Source: Candidatus Levyibacteriota bacterium (lineage in GTDB: Bacteria > Patescibacteriota > Microgenomatia > Levybacterales > UBA12049). From it: a stretch of 64,000 nucleotides of DNA. This document shows, piece by piece, positions 50,794 through 58,933 of this stretch (positions are counted from its first letter, which is position 1; every line of letters begins with the position of its first letter). Location: NCBI GenBank assembly GCA_963716145.1, contig OY970292.1, forward strand, positions 204,104 to 268,103, given 5' to 3'. A program made the position numbers and the translations under genes. The notes beneath the pieces were generated by a model. The model made no database searches. It worked only from the letters and a program-made list of their open reading frames with translations, and was not told the origin of the DNA.

Positions 50794-50867
50794 TACGCCC
50801 AGAGGGATTCGAACCCCCGACCATGTCGTTAGAACCGACGTGCTCTATCCAGCTGAGCTATGGGCGC
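50794..50867 (-). tRNA. tRNA-Arg(TCT)
   Basis: GCGCCCA...GT-TCT-AA...TTCGAAT...TGGGCGT-A; atypical G32. Confidence 0.85.
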
Positions 50868-50960
50868 GCATATGTATTTTAACAATTAAGCACAAGAACT
50901 GCAATCAAACTTGACTGTTGTGTTCAAATTGTATTTATAATATAGTGAGATAAATACGAT

Positions 50961-51950
50961 ATGTTGCACCAATTTATAAAATACTTATTTAAGAATCAGG
51001 TAATTTTTGCCTTATTTCTAATAGCATTGGGGTGGTTTGTGGTACAAACAAGAGAAATATTTGTTTCAATTTTCCTGGCATATATTATGATGGCGGCAGT
51101 TCTGCCAATGGTGGAATTTCTTCAGAAAAAAGGATTTCCCAAAATGGCTGCTGTTCTTATTCCTTATTTTACAATCGTAATTGCTATTTTCCTTTTGATT
51201 ATTCCGCTAGTTCCTTTTGTAGTTACACAGATTCAATCTCTTATTGTTAATTTTCCAAGATTTATTGACAGATCTGCTGATATGTTTGGAATTAAAATTA
51301 ACCCCAGGCAAATTGAAGGATATGTCAGTAGTGAAATGGACAATCTCGGAAGAAGTGCTATAAATGTGACTACAAAAGTGTTTGGAGGACTATTCTCAAC
51401 TATCACAATTTTTGTTGTGAGTCTGTACCTGCTCATGTATGAAGACTCTTTTAAAAAATCTCTTTCCAGCTTTTTCGCCCATGATTCAAGAGAGAAAGTT
51501 CTCTTAACGCTTGACGAGATAAATTTTAAGCTTGGAGCTTGGTTTCGGGGACAGGTTCTGCTGTGTATTTTTATAGGCTTGCTCTCTTGGATAGGTCTAA
51601 CGATACTTGGGTTGCCTTATGCTGTACCTTTGGCATTGCTTGCCGGAATTTTAGAAGTTGTACCTACGCTTGGTCCTATTCTTTCAGCGATCCCCGCAGT
51701 GATTATCGCTTTGACAGTGTCACCAACAATGGGACTTGCGGTTGCGGTATTGTACATACTAATTCAGGCGCTTGAGAATCAGCTAATTGTACCCAAGGTG
51801 ATGCAAAAGGCTGTAGGATTAAATCCTGTAATCGTGATTTTGGGAATTATGATTGGCGCAAACCTTATGGGAGTTGCCGGTGCACTTCTAGCAATTCCTT
51901 TTATCTCTTTTATAATTGTACTTTTTAAAAGCCTCGAGCAGGGAAAATAA
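50961..51950 (+). CDS. AI-2E (PerM) family transporter
   Basis: WFRGQ, EVVPTLGP, QALENQLIVPKVM, GALLAIP. Confidence 0.9.
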   Translation: MLHQFIKYLFKNQVIFALFLIALGWFVVQTREIFVSIFLAYIMMAAVLPMVEFLQKKGFPKMAAVLIPYFTIVIAIFLLIIPLVPFVVTQIQSLIVNFPRFIDRSADMFGIKINPRQIEGYVSSEMDNLGRSAINVTTKVFGGLFSTITIFVVSLYLLMYEDSFKKSLSSFFAHDSREKVLLTLDEINFKLGAWFRGQVLLCIFIGLLSWIGLTILGLPYAVPLALLAGILEVVPTLGPILSAIPAVIIALTVSPTMGLAVAVLYILIQALENQLIVPKVMQKAVGLNPVIVILGIMIGANLMGVAGALLAIPFISFIIVLFKSLEQGK

Positions 51951-51952
51951 AT

Positions 51953-52573
51953 TTATTTATTTTTTTGGGCGACAACCAAAGACCACGGAAGCGGAGTTAT
52001 GTTTGATTTAACCGTCAGGTGCTTACTTACAAATTTCACAAAATTTTTATTTGTCCAGTGCTGAATATGCTCAATGTCGTTGCCAAGTCTTTTAATATTT
52101 TTTCCCCGTAATAAATTGCCCATCATAAAATATGGTTCATGCGGCACGGAAAGAACTACATACTTTTTTGATACCCGGACCAACTCCTTGAGAGCCTCTT
52201 CAGGCCTTTCCAGATGCTCCAGTACCTCACTGCATATCACAACATCATATGTATTCGCCTTGGCGTCTATGTGGTAAATATCTCCCTGCTTTAGATTGAG
52301 CATAGGATACTGTTTTTTTCCGATTAAAATGGCTTTATCCAAAAAATCAAAACCGAAGAGTTTTTTGCCTATTTTTGCTTTTTCTAGCTTGTGCAGAGTA
52401 AATCCTTCCCCACACCCTGCATCAAGAATAGAGTTAGGACTTAGCTTCTCGATCTCTCTTAATAAGACACCGTAGAAGTTATCAATAAGAAATCTTTGCA
52501 GGAAAGAAAATTTCTTAAGAGATGACTTGACTGTATGTTTTTTAAAATTATCTGTAGTTAAGGCTCTGGACAT
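51953..52573 (-). CDS. Class I SAM-dependent methyltransferase
   Basis: ILDAGCGEG, EVLEHL, SVPHEP. Confidence 0.9.
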   Translation of the reverse strand: MSRALTTDNFKKHTVKSSLKKFSFLQRFLIDNFYGVLLREIEKLSPNSILDAGCGEGFTLHKLEKAKIGKKLFGFDFLDKAILIGKKQYPMLNLKQGDIYHIDAKANTYDVVICSEVLEHLERPEEALKELVRVSKKYVVLSVPHEPYFMMGNLLRGKNIKRLGNDIEHIQHWTNKNFVKFVSKHLTVKSNITPLPWSLVVAQKNK

Positions 52574-52690
52574 AAAGTGAGTTTAAATCTATCAAATGAT
52601 TCTACCTCATTACTGCAACCTAATGCAAGCCTATGCAGTTGATTCTCTTGAGGTAAGTTTTGTTTTTTGTTATACTTAGCGAACGTAAAC

Positions 52691-52761
52691 GCGGGTGTAG
52701 TTCAATGGTAGAACACAACTTTTCCAAAGTTGATACGAGGGTCCGATTCCCTTCACCCGCT
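52691..52761 (+). tRNA. tRNA-Gly(TCC)
   Basis: GCGGGTG...TT-TCC-AA...CACCCGC-T; T-loop TCCGATT (C55). Confidence 0.9.
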
Positions 52762-52864
52762 CTGGATTCGGCAAGCTCACCATTCGCGGACGTGGTTAAA
52801 CTCGAGGGAAGGGATGAGGAGTTTATCCTGAGCGAAGTCGAAGGAATTCCCTTCACCCGCTCTG
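52746..52864 (+). mobile_element. 81-bp mini-element between 19-bp direct repeats of the tRNA-Gly 3' end
   Basis: ATTCCCTTCACCCGCTCTG at 52746-52764 and 52846-52864; ends shared with 8409-8488. Mobility is inferred. Confidence 0.75.
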
Positions 52865-52926
52865 AATTATTGACCTCTGCCCCTATTTCTGCTATAATCT
52901 CTCTAGCTTTAAGGCATTCTCCTAAT

Positions 52927-53208
52927 ATGACCAATAAATACACAAATCCATGTATCCGCTGTGGAAAAGAAAGGATTCAATCAAAAAAGTGGAAAGAAAA
53001 AACGGTTACTTTCTCAGGCACAACCATTGTGGTAACCCGCACAGAGAATATCTGTCCTGACAAAGAGTGTCAAAAGGTTGTTGACAAAGAATTGAGAGCT
53101 CAAAAAGCAAAAAGAGACAAAATTAAAAGCGATAGGGAAGAGCGTGTTGCTGAGAATCTTCAAAAAAAGGCAGATATCAAAAAAGCTCACCTCCAAAAAA
53201 CCGCATAA
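52927..53208 (+). CDS. Small basic zinc-ribbon-like protein
   Basis: CIRCGKERI...CPDKEC and a Lys-rich helix; own TGCTATAAT upstream. Confidence 0.7.
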   Translation: MTNKYTNPCIRCGKERIQSKKWKEKTVTFSGTTIVVTRTENICPDKECQKVVDKELRAQKAKRDKIKSDREERVAENLQKKADIKKAHLQKTA

Positions 53209-53263
53209 GATTCTAGTATTAGCTACTGTACAAGTTCTTAACTGATTTTATATAATTCAAGCG

Positions 53264-53812
53264 ATGAATGCAGCGCTAATTGCTAGTATTTTAGGGACAA
53301 TAATTTCAATTGTCGGGTTTTCTAGACTGGCGATACGAAATTATGTATTTGGTAGTGGTAAAACCCTAAGCGAACTCGCAGCGAAAGATAATAAAACCCT
53401 AAGAAACCATGGAATTATTTTATGGGTCTGTGCTTCTCTTTTTACATTTAGCGTCTTCCAATTAATAGTACCTAATCTGGAAGCGGGTTTTTGGCTTGGA
53501 ATTGCTTGGATAATTGGTATTTCTTGCGAGTTATTACTTCCATTTATACCCGCCAGTTCTGGATTGACAAAAAGAATTCATAACTTTTTGGCTTTTTCTA
53601 TGGTATCTGGTATGGCTCTTGTCACTTTCTTATTCTCTATATACCTAAATGGTTTATATGCAATCGGTGAGATAATCATATTTATCTTAATGTTTATCGT
53701 AGGGATTACTGCTTTAAAATTGAGAAAACACTTTATCTACTTTCAATTACCTTATATCTATCTTTCCAACCTAAGTGTTATCGTAGCTGTTTTGGGTGTT
53801 TTAAACACCTAA
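53264..53812 (+). CDS. Multi-pass membrane protein
   Basis: About six TM helices, TLSELA and IHN motifs. Confidence 0.6.
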   Translation: MNAALIASILGTIISIVGFSRLAIRNYVFGSGKTLSELAAKDNKTLRNHGIILWVCASLFTFSVFQLIVPNLEAGFWLGIAWIIGISCELLLPFIPASSGLTKRIHNFLAFSMVSGMALVTFLFSIYLNGLYAIGEIIIFILMFIVGITALKLRKHFIYFQLPYIYLSNLSVIVAVLGVLNT

Positions 53813-53868
53813 CTTAATCTGCTGTTGAATAAGAAGTCCTATTTAGGTTAAAATAGCATATACCATAA

Positions 53869-53951
53869 GCCGCGGTGGTGGAATGGTATACACGGGGGCC
53901 TTAAGAGCCTCTGTCAGCAATGATATGAGAGTTCGACTCTCTCCCGCGGCA
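53869..53951 (+). tRNA. tRNA-Leu(TAA)
   Basis: GCCGCGG...CT-TAA-GA, long variable arm, TTCGACT, CCGCGGC-A. Confidence 0.95.
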
Positions 53952-53954
53952 CAA

Positions 53955-54045
53955 GTCTCGCTTTGGCGAGACAACACGGAACTTAGAACAGAAAACAAAA
54001 GTAAATCAGGTTCTTGGTTCAGAATTTTTAGTTCAAGGTTTTGCA
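53955..54045. repeat. Hairpin plus AGAAC/GTTCT periodic palindrome between tRNA-Leu and tRNA-Pro (family B, copy 2)
   Basis: GTCTCGCTTTGGCGAGAC, then GGAAC TTAGAAC AGAAAAC ... GGTTCTT GGTTCAG. Confidence 0.6.
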
Positions 54046-54053
54046 AAGCAGAA

Positions 54054-54126
54054 CGGGGAGTGGCTCAGTTGGTAGAGCGGGCGGTTTGGGACCGTCAGGT
54101 CGGAGGTTCGAGTCCTCTCTCCCCGA
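54054..54126 (+). tRNA. tRNA-Pro(TGG)
   Basis: CGGGGAG...TT-TGG-GA...TTCGAGT...CTCCCCG-A. Confidence 0.95.
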
Positions 54127-54128
54127 CA

Positions 54129-54506
54129 ATGAAAATTAAAAATAACGCGCTTGCTGTGGGAATATGGTCTGAGGACTATGAAAATCTGGCGAATTGGTAC
54201 CAGAATGTATTGGGTCTTCCATTCAAAGAAAAATCCAATTTACCGGGGGATTCTTATGTCGCGTTTGATTTTGGGGAAAACTGGTTTTGGATAGGCAAGC
54301 ATGATCAAGTAACTGGCAAAAATAAAGATCCTTACAGGATAATGGTTGAATTTTATGTCGAAAGTGTATCTGAGGCTTTCGAGGAATTAAAAAATAGCGT
54401 TGAATTTGTAGCTGAGCCTTTCCAGGACCCTCTGGATGCAAAGGGTTGGTGCATGACCTTCAAGGACCCCGAAGGAAATATTCTCCAAATGTACGGTGGT
54501 AAATAA
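54129..54506 (+). CDS. VOC/glyoxalase family protein
   Basis: WYQNVLGL, FYVESV, FKDPEGNILQ. Confidence 0.85.
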   Translation: MKIKNNALAVGIWSEDYENLANWYQNVLGLPFKEKSNLPGDSYVAFDFGENWFWIGKHDQVTGKNKDPYRIMVEFYVESVSEAFEELKNSVEFVAEPFQDPLDAKGWCMTFKDPEGNILQMYGGK

Positions 54507-54515
54507 TTAGAAGAA

Positions 54516-55121
54516 TTACTGTAGCATGTAAGCTTCTATCTCCTCAATTGCCTGCTCGTTGGTTTTAAACATCACACAATGAATTCCCAGCTTTTTTGCC
54601 GCTTTTATATTTTCATGAGTATCGTCAATAAAAAGAGTTCTTTCGGCAACAGTTTCTAACCGTCCCAAACCGAGCTCAAAGAATCTAGTATCGGGTTTTT
54701 CCAGGCCTTCTTCGCCTGAAATAATCATCTCAGAAGTAATTTTGTCCAGATGATATCTATCTGCGTAAACCTTACGGGCGTTTTCCCAGGCATTGGTAAA
54801 AAGCGCTATTCTATACTTGTCACGTAAGCCTTGCATATAGACATAGAATTCCGTATTGATAGTATCCCCTGCATAAAAATCAATTTTCATCTGAGCTTGC
54901 TCAGTTTCCGACAAAGCAAATTTCTTGCCAATATCTTTCCAGATTATTTCATCTGTTGTAATCCCAATTGTTGCAAAGTCTGCCGGTTCCATAGAATACA
55001 CTTCGTCAGTAAGTTGACCCCGTGAAAGGCCCAACTTTTCCTCCCATATTCTCCGTTTGCCTGTATCCACCGTTTGCACCAAAACACCGCCGACATCAAG
55101 AAGTATGGTATCAATTGACAT
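54516..55121 (-). CDS. HAD-family phosphatase
   Basis: LDVGGVL, FTN, KPD, FIDD..ENI.AA..LG. Confidence 0.9.
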   Translation of the reverse strand: MSIDTILLDVGGVLVQTVDTGKRRIWEEKLGLSRGQLTDEVYSMEPADFATIGITTDEIIWKDIGKKFALSETEQAQMKIDFYAGDTINTEFYVYMQGLRDKYRIALFTNAWENARKVYADRYHLDKITSEMIISGEEGLEKPDTRFFELGLGRLETVAERTLFIDDTHENIKAAKKLGIHCVMFKTNEQAIEEIEAYMLQ

Positions 55122-55122
55122 A

Positions 55123-55578
55123 TTAATTATTTACAATTGTCTGCAAATATTCTTTTCCTTTTTGATGTTTTATAAAAAATATGGTCCAGTAGGATTTAAT
55201 CCCTACCCGCAGCATAGCCTCGTGTCTGTGATTACCATCAGCCAATTCAAAATGGTTCCAAAAGTCAGTGACTATCAGCGGAGCGGGTTGATAACCCTCT
55301 TTAATTTTCTTCGCCAACTTATCAACCTGTGCCTCCCAAATATCAGGTGACTGGCGGTGTTCTTCGTTTTCCTCAGGCCCTACGATTCTCTTCAATTGTG
55401 AAAGCGGAAATTCCATGATCTCAATTGCAATTGGCGTCTCTTGCGCAAGCGATTTAGCAAGATTGTAATTACCCTCACTAATTAAAAGGTTCTGAACCCA
55501 TTTTCCCAGCGCTCCTGATTTTTGAGCCACTAGAGCATTGTCTGAGGTGGGAGAAAAGTTTAAATCATTATTTTTCAT
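55123..55578 (-). CDS. ParB/Srx-fold domain protein
   Basis: PAPLIV and LADGNHRHEA; no HTH. Confidence 0.75.
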   Translation of the reverse strand: MKNNDLNFSPTSDNALVAQKSGALGKWVQNLLISEGNYNLAKSLAQETPIAIEIMEFPLSQLKRIVGPEENEEHRQSPDIWEAQVDKLAKKIKEGYQPAPLIVTDFWNHFELADGNHRHEAMLRVGIKSYWTIFFIKHQKGKEYLQTIVNN

Positions 55579-55597
55579 AATTTAATGGTATCATATT

Positions 55598-56569
55598 TTA
55601 TCCTTTGTATTCCGGAGGCGTTACTCCTAGAGATTTAAGTGAATAATCAAGTAAATTTTTCATCTCCATGCGTCTATTTTCACTATTTAAAATAACTCCG
55701 ATTAGCTTGTGCCCCTTATAATCCAAGTAGGTGACCAGGCAAAGCCCTGCTTCAGGAGTGTAGCCCGTCTTAACCCCTCTTACGCCGGCATACGTTGTCA
55801 ATAGGTTTGTTTCATTGTACAAATCATATGATTTGTGAGTTGGGGTTTCTGCGATAGAGTATTCCGGAACTGAAACTGCGTTGGCAAATTCGGGGAAATT
55901 GGAAAGTGCGTAGCGGGTAATTACTAATAAGTCATAGACTGTGGTGTATTGGACACCATCTCCTTGAAGGCCTGAAGGATTATCAAACTGTGTGTTATTT
56001 AAACCAAGAGAGGAAGCTTTTGAATTCATAGCTTGTATGAATCCATCCCTACCTGTTGGAAAATTACTGGCAAGCACTTCAGCTGCATCATTGCCCGATT
56101 GAAGCATTAAGCCATGAAGTAACTCATCAAATGAGAGCACCTCTCCATCAGACAATCCCATACTATCTTCCCCAACCAGGTCAGCTTTGCTCACAATATA
56201 TTTGCCATCAGCTTTTTTATTCTCAAGACCAATTATAGCTGTCATTATCTTAGTAAGGGATGCCATAGGAAGCCTTTTTGAAGCATTTTTTTCGTAAATT
56301 GCTTTGTCAGCTGTCAAATCATACATAATTGCTGATTTAGCCGTCAGATCTTTAACATCAAACTCCACCCCTTCGTTTTTTTCAACCATAGGTGACCACA
56401 AGTCCAAAAGTCTGACCTGGTTATTTTTGCTAAGAGTTAAAAAATCGGGCAAAGGTGAAATAGAAGAATTCTTTTCTGAGCCTTCATACTCAAACCCGTA
56501 CCACAAAAACCCGGCAACTAAAGCAGAAAAGAAAATTACAATAAATAAATTTAACAAAGCTTTTTTCAT
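55598..56569 (-). CDS. D-alanyl-D-alanine carboxypeptidase (peptidase S11)
   Basis: ASLTK (SxxK), SGN, KTG. Confidence 0.95.
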   Translation of the reverse strand: MKKALLNLFIVIFFSALVAGFLWYGFEYEGSEKNSSISPLPDFLTLSKNNQVRLLDLWSPMVEKNEGVEFDVKDLTAKSAIMYDLTADKAIYEKNASKRLPMASLTKIMTAIIGLENKKADGKYIVSKADLVGEDSMGLSDGEVLSFDELLHGLMLQSGNDAAEVLASNFPTGRDGFIQAMNSKASSLGLNNTQFDNPSGLQGDGVQYTTVYDLLVITRYALSNFPEFANAVSVPEYSIAETPTHKSYDLYNETNLLTTYAGVRGVKTGYTPEAGLCLVTYLDYKGHKLIGVILNSENRRMEMKNLLDYSLKSLGVTPPEYKG

Positions 56570-56602
56570 TTTTCGTACTGATCTCTATGCTATAATGTTC
56601 AA

Positions 56603-57445
56603 ATGAAATTTTCAAGCCGTAGCCTCTCATTAATAAGCTTCAATACCATGGGAGCATTCAGTTTTGATAGTATACATGGGTTCATAAATTCGGTTAACTT
56701 TATTCGGAGGCAAAACAAAATGGCCGAAATCCTTCTTAACGAAGACGCAGATGTTTTATGTCTTCAAGAAGTACATACATACTCGTTTCTAAGTATTTTA
56801 AAAAAGAAATTAATTAAGCATACATATTTAGCATATAAGCCTTTTGTTTATGGACCAAGGGGTGGAATGGTTATTTTTTCAAAAATCCCTTTTGAGAAAA
56901 TAGAGTATATTAATTTTAAAAAAAGAGGATCAATTATAAACACCTCCTTTATTGCCCGTGTGATAAGAAATGGTATTCTAAGCTGTAAGTTGAAAGGCCT
57001 CTCCGTAGTTATCCTAAATACGCACACCACTCCCAATTTAGATCATGATTATTTGGAGAAAAATAGATTCATACAGTATACCGATGCTCAGTTGGCGCAG
57101 TTGTCAAATGTCATTATTAAGGAATCAAAAAATAACTCCAATATTGTCTTGGGCGGAGATTTGAACGTTTCTCAAGATTCAAGCACCTTTAAAGAATTTT
57201 TACGGGTATCTGATGCAAAAGATGTTTTCAGCAAATATAACACACCAACTCAGCATCAAGAGTTTCTTCCAAGTAAGAAAAAGGTTATGAGAATTGATTA
57301 TATATTGCTACATAGCAAGGACAATTTGATGTTCTTAAAAAGGACTAAACAATTATTCATTCAAAAGCATTTACTTACCAACGGCAAGATGCGTTATCTC
57401 TCAGACCATATCGGCTTACGGGCGGATTTTGTGCTGCAAAGGTAA
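56603..57445 (+). CDS. Endonuclease/exonuclease/phosphatase family protein
   Basis: SFN, LQE, NTH, GDLN, IDY, SDH. Confidence 0.9.
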   Translation: MKFSSRSLSLISFNTMGAFSFDSIHGFINSVNFIRRQNKMAEILLNEDADVLCLQEVHTYSFLSILKKKLIKHTYLAYKPFVYGPRGGMVIFSKIPFEKIEYINFKKRGSIINTSFIARVIRNGILSCKLKGLSVVILNTHTTPNLDHDYLEKNRFIQYTDAQLAQLSNVIIKESKNNSNIVLGGDLNVSQDSSTFKEFLRVSDAKDVFSKYNTPTQHQEFLPSKKKVMRIDYILLHSKDNLMFLKRTKQLFIQKHLLTNGKMRYLSDHIGLRADFVLQR

Positions 57446-57507
57446 TTTTGCTTATCTATTTTCGTAAATTGATACAGTTCTATTATTTTTACACCTCTTT
57501 GCACCAA

Positions 57508-57536
57508 TTGACAAACAACTTTTCATATTTTAACCT
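57508..57536 (+). promoter_or_regulatory. Orphan sigma-70-type promoter
   Basis: TTGACA-N17-TAACCT. Confidence 0.6.
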
Positions 57537-57641
57537 TAGAGCAACATAGCCAGTGCAGATTTTCTGGTAATGTGCGAAAGTCCTTCAGGCGAAATGATTA
57601 GCTGTCTAAATCGTTTTTGGCACAAATAAAATGTGCAAGCG

Positions 57642-57688
57642 AACCTCTTGATTTCTGTTTTTGGGAGAATTCAAGAGGTTTTGTTTTT
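57642..57688 (+). terminator. Intrinsic terminator
   Basis: AACCTCTTGA...TCAAGAGGTT followed by TTGTTTTT. Confidence 0.7.
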
Positions 57689-57757
57689 GTAATTGAAGTT
57701 TCAGAATAGAGGATCGTAACTTATATCAAGTATTTCAAATAGATTTTAATATCAAAT

Positions 57758-58303
57758 CTATTTGCTTGCTTCTTTTAAAACAGCAACTGCCACAAATCTT
57801 TGTGAATCCAAAAATCCACTGCATGTGTAAAGAGTAATTCTTTTATCTTTTGAAGGGGCCAAAATGGTTGATGCATCAGGCGTAACAGTGGAGGTGTATT
57901 TCACTACAAAAGTTTTGATTGAATTGTCAGTATATTTAATCTGCATTTCTTCCCCGGGTGTTATGTACGGCAAGTTTCCAAATAAACTTGCCCAATTATG
58001 TCCATATATTATACTGTTTCCCATCTCACCCGGAATAGGCGATGTGACAAGGTATGAAGCGCCCAAGTCAGTTGTTTCCCACTTATTGTTTACTACGTGG
58101 GAAGGTATCAGATTAAGATCAATTTTCAAGTCTTTTATAATTATTTTTTCGGGGAACTGTTTATTATCTTGAGAAGTAGTTTGAGCGTAGGTGTATTTAC
58201 CAAATGATAAACGGTTGGGATCAACGCTTAACCAAATGTTGTAAATTCCCAGAGCGTAGCAAAAAATACCCAGCAGAATGAATATTTTGGAGAGCAGTTT
58301 CAT
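57758..58303 (-). CDS. Sortase
   Basis: N-terminal TM, PGE.GN.IIYGH, ITLYTC, downstream catalytic R. Confidence 0.9.
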   Translation of the reverse strand: MKLLSKIFILLGIFCYALGIYNIWLSVDPNRLSFGKYTYAQTTSQDNKQFPEKIIIKDLKIDLNLIPSHVVNNKWETTDLGASYLVTSPIPGEMGNSIIYGHNWASLFGNLPYITPGEEMQIKYTDNSIKTFVVKYTSTVTPDASTILAPSKDKRITLYTCSGFLDSQRFVAVAVLKEASK

Positions 58304-58306
58304 GAT

Positions 58307-58864
58307 TTATTTACTAAATCGTCTGAGAATTATGCCTGATATAAGAAAAGCGGCGCCTGAAAGAATCAATGCGTAGATTGTTTCACCATCTCCAGTGCTG
58401 GCAAGTCCCAAAACGTTTTCCGTATTGTAGGTGGTGGATGAGCCCTTGCAAGCGAACTTACTGTTTTTTGCAAGGTAAGGAGCATCCTCTAAACCCCAAC
58501 TAGATCCGTTTACTATGTATGTCCATCCTTGACTTTTTAGAACATTAATATCCTTTGGTGAAACGTTCGATACTTTATACCAATTGGTTTGGATTCCATC
58601 TCCGTTTATAGGGCAAAAGCATTGAGTTACTCCGTTTGAGGATGATTTATAAACCGAATCACTTCCTATTACTTCTTTTGTCTTTCCTACAATTCCGTGT
58701 TTGCCGTTTTCGTAGCTAGCAATAACATCTCCTTGCGGGTTAAGGCATGATCCAAAGTCAGGAAGCACAGCTCCATCGGCAAATGCAGGGCGCACCGAAA
58801 TAGTAGTTAATATAAAAAGACTTATAGCAACAATTAATTTATTTTTATTCATGTGTTTAGTCAA
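58307..58864 (-). CDS. Secreted Cys-containing protein with sortase-like sorting signal
   Basis: Signal peptide; C-terminal VLGLASTG, TM helix, RRFSK. Confidence 0.75.
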   Translation of the reverse strand: MTKHMNKNKLIVAISLFILTTISVRPAFADGAVLPDFGSCLNPQGDVIASYENGKHGIVGKTKEVIGSDSVYKSSSNGVTQCFCPINGDGIQTNWYKVSNVSPKDINVLKSQGWTYIVNGSSWGLEDAPYLAKNSKFACKGSSTTYNTENVLGLASTGDGETIYALILSGAAFLISGIILRRFSK

Positions 58865-58933
58865 TTATTTCAGGCAGAGGCAATATATCATATTTTAGCT
58901 TTAATGTCAATAATATATTACTATATTTCCTAC

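Noticed and set aside
8390-52864. Prophage or genomic island bounded by tRNA att sites
   Set aside because: Each duplication encloses only about 80 bp; no integrase or phage structural genes were seen.
57537-57640. Resemblance to a tracrRNA or RNase P (TTAGAGC, GAAAGTCC)
   Set aside because: Only short word matches; the other conserved elements and partner genes are missing.
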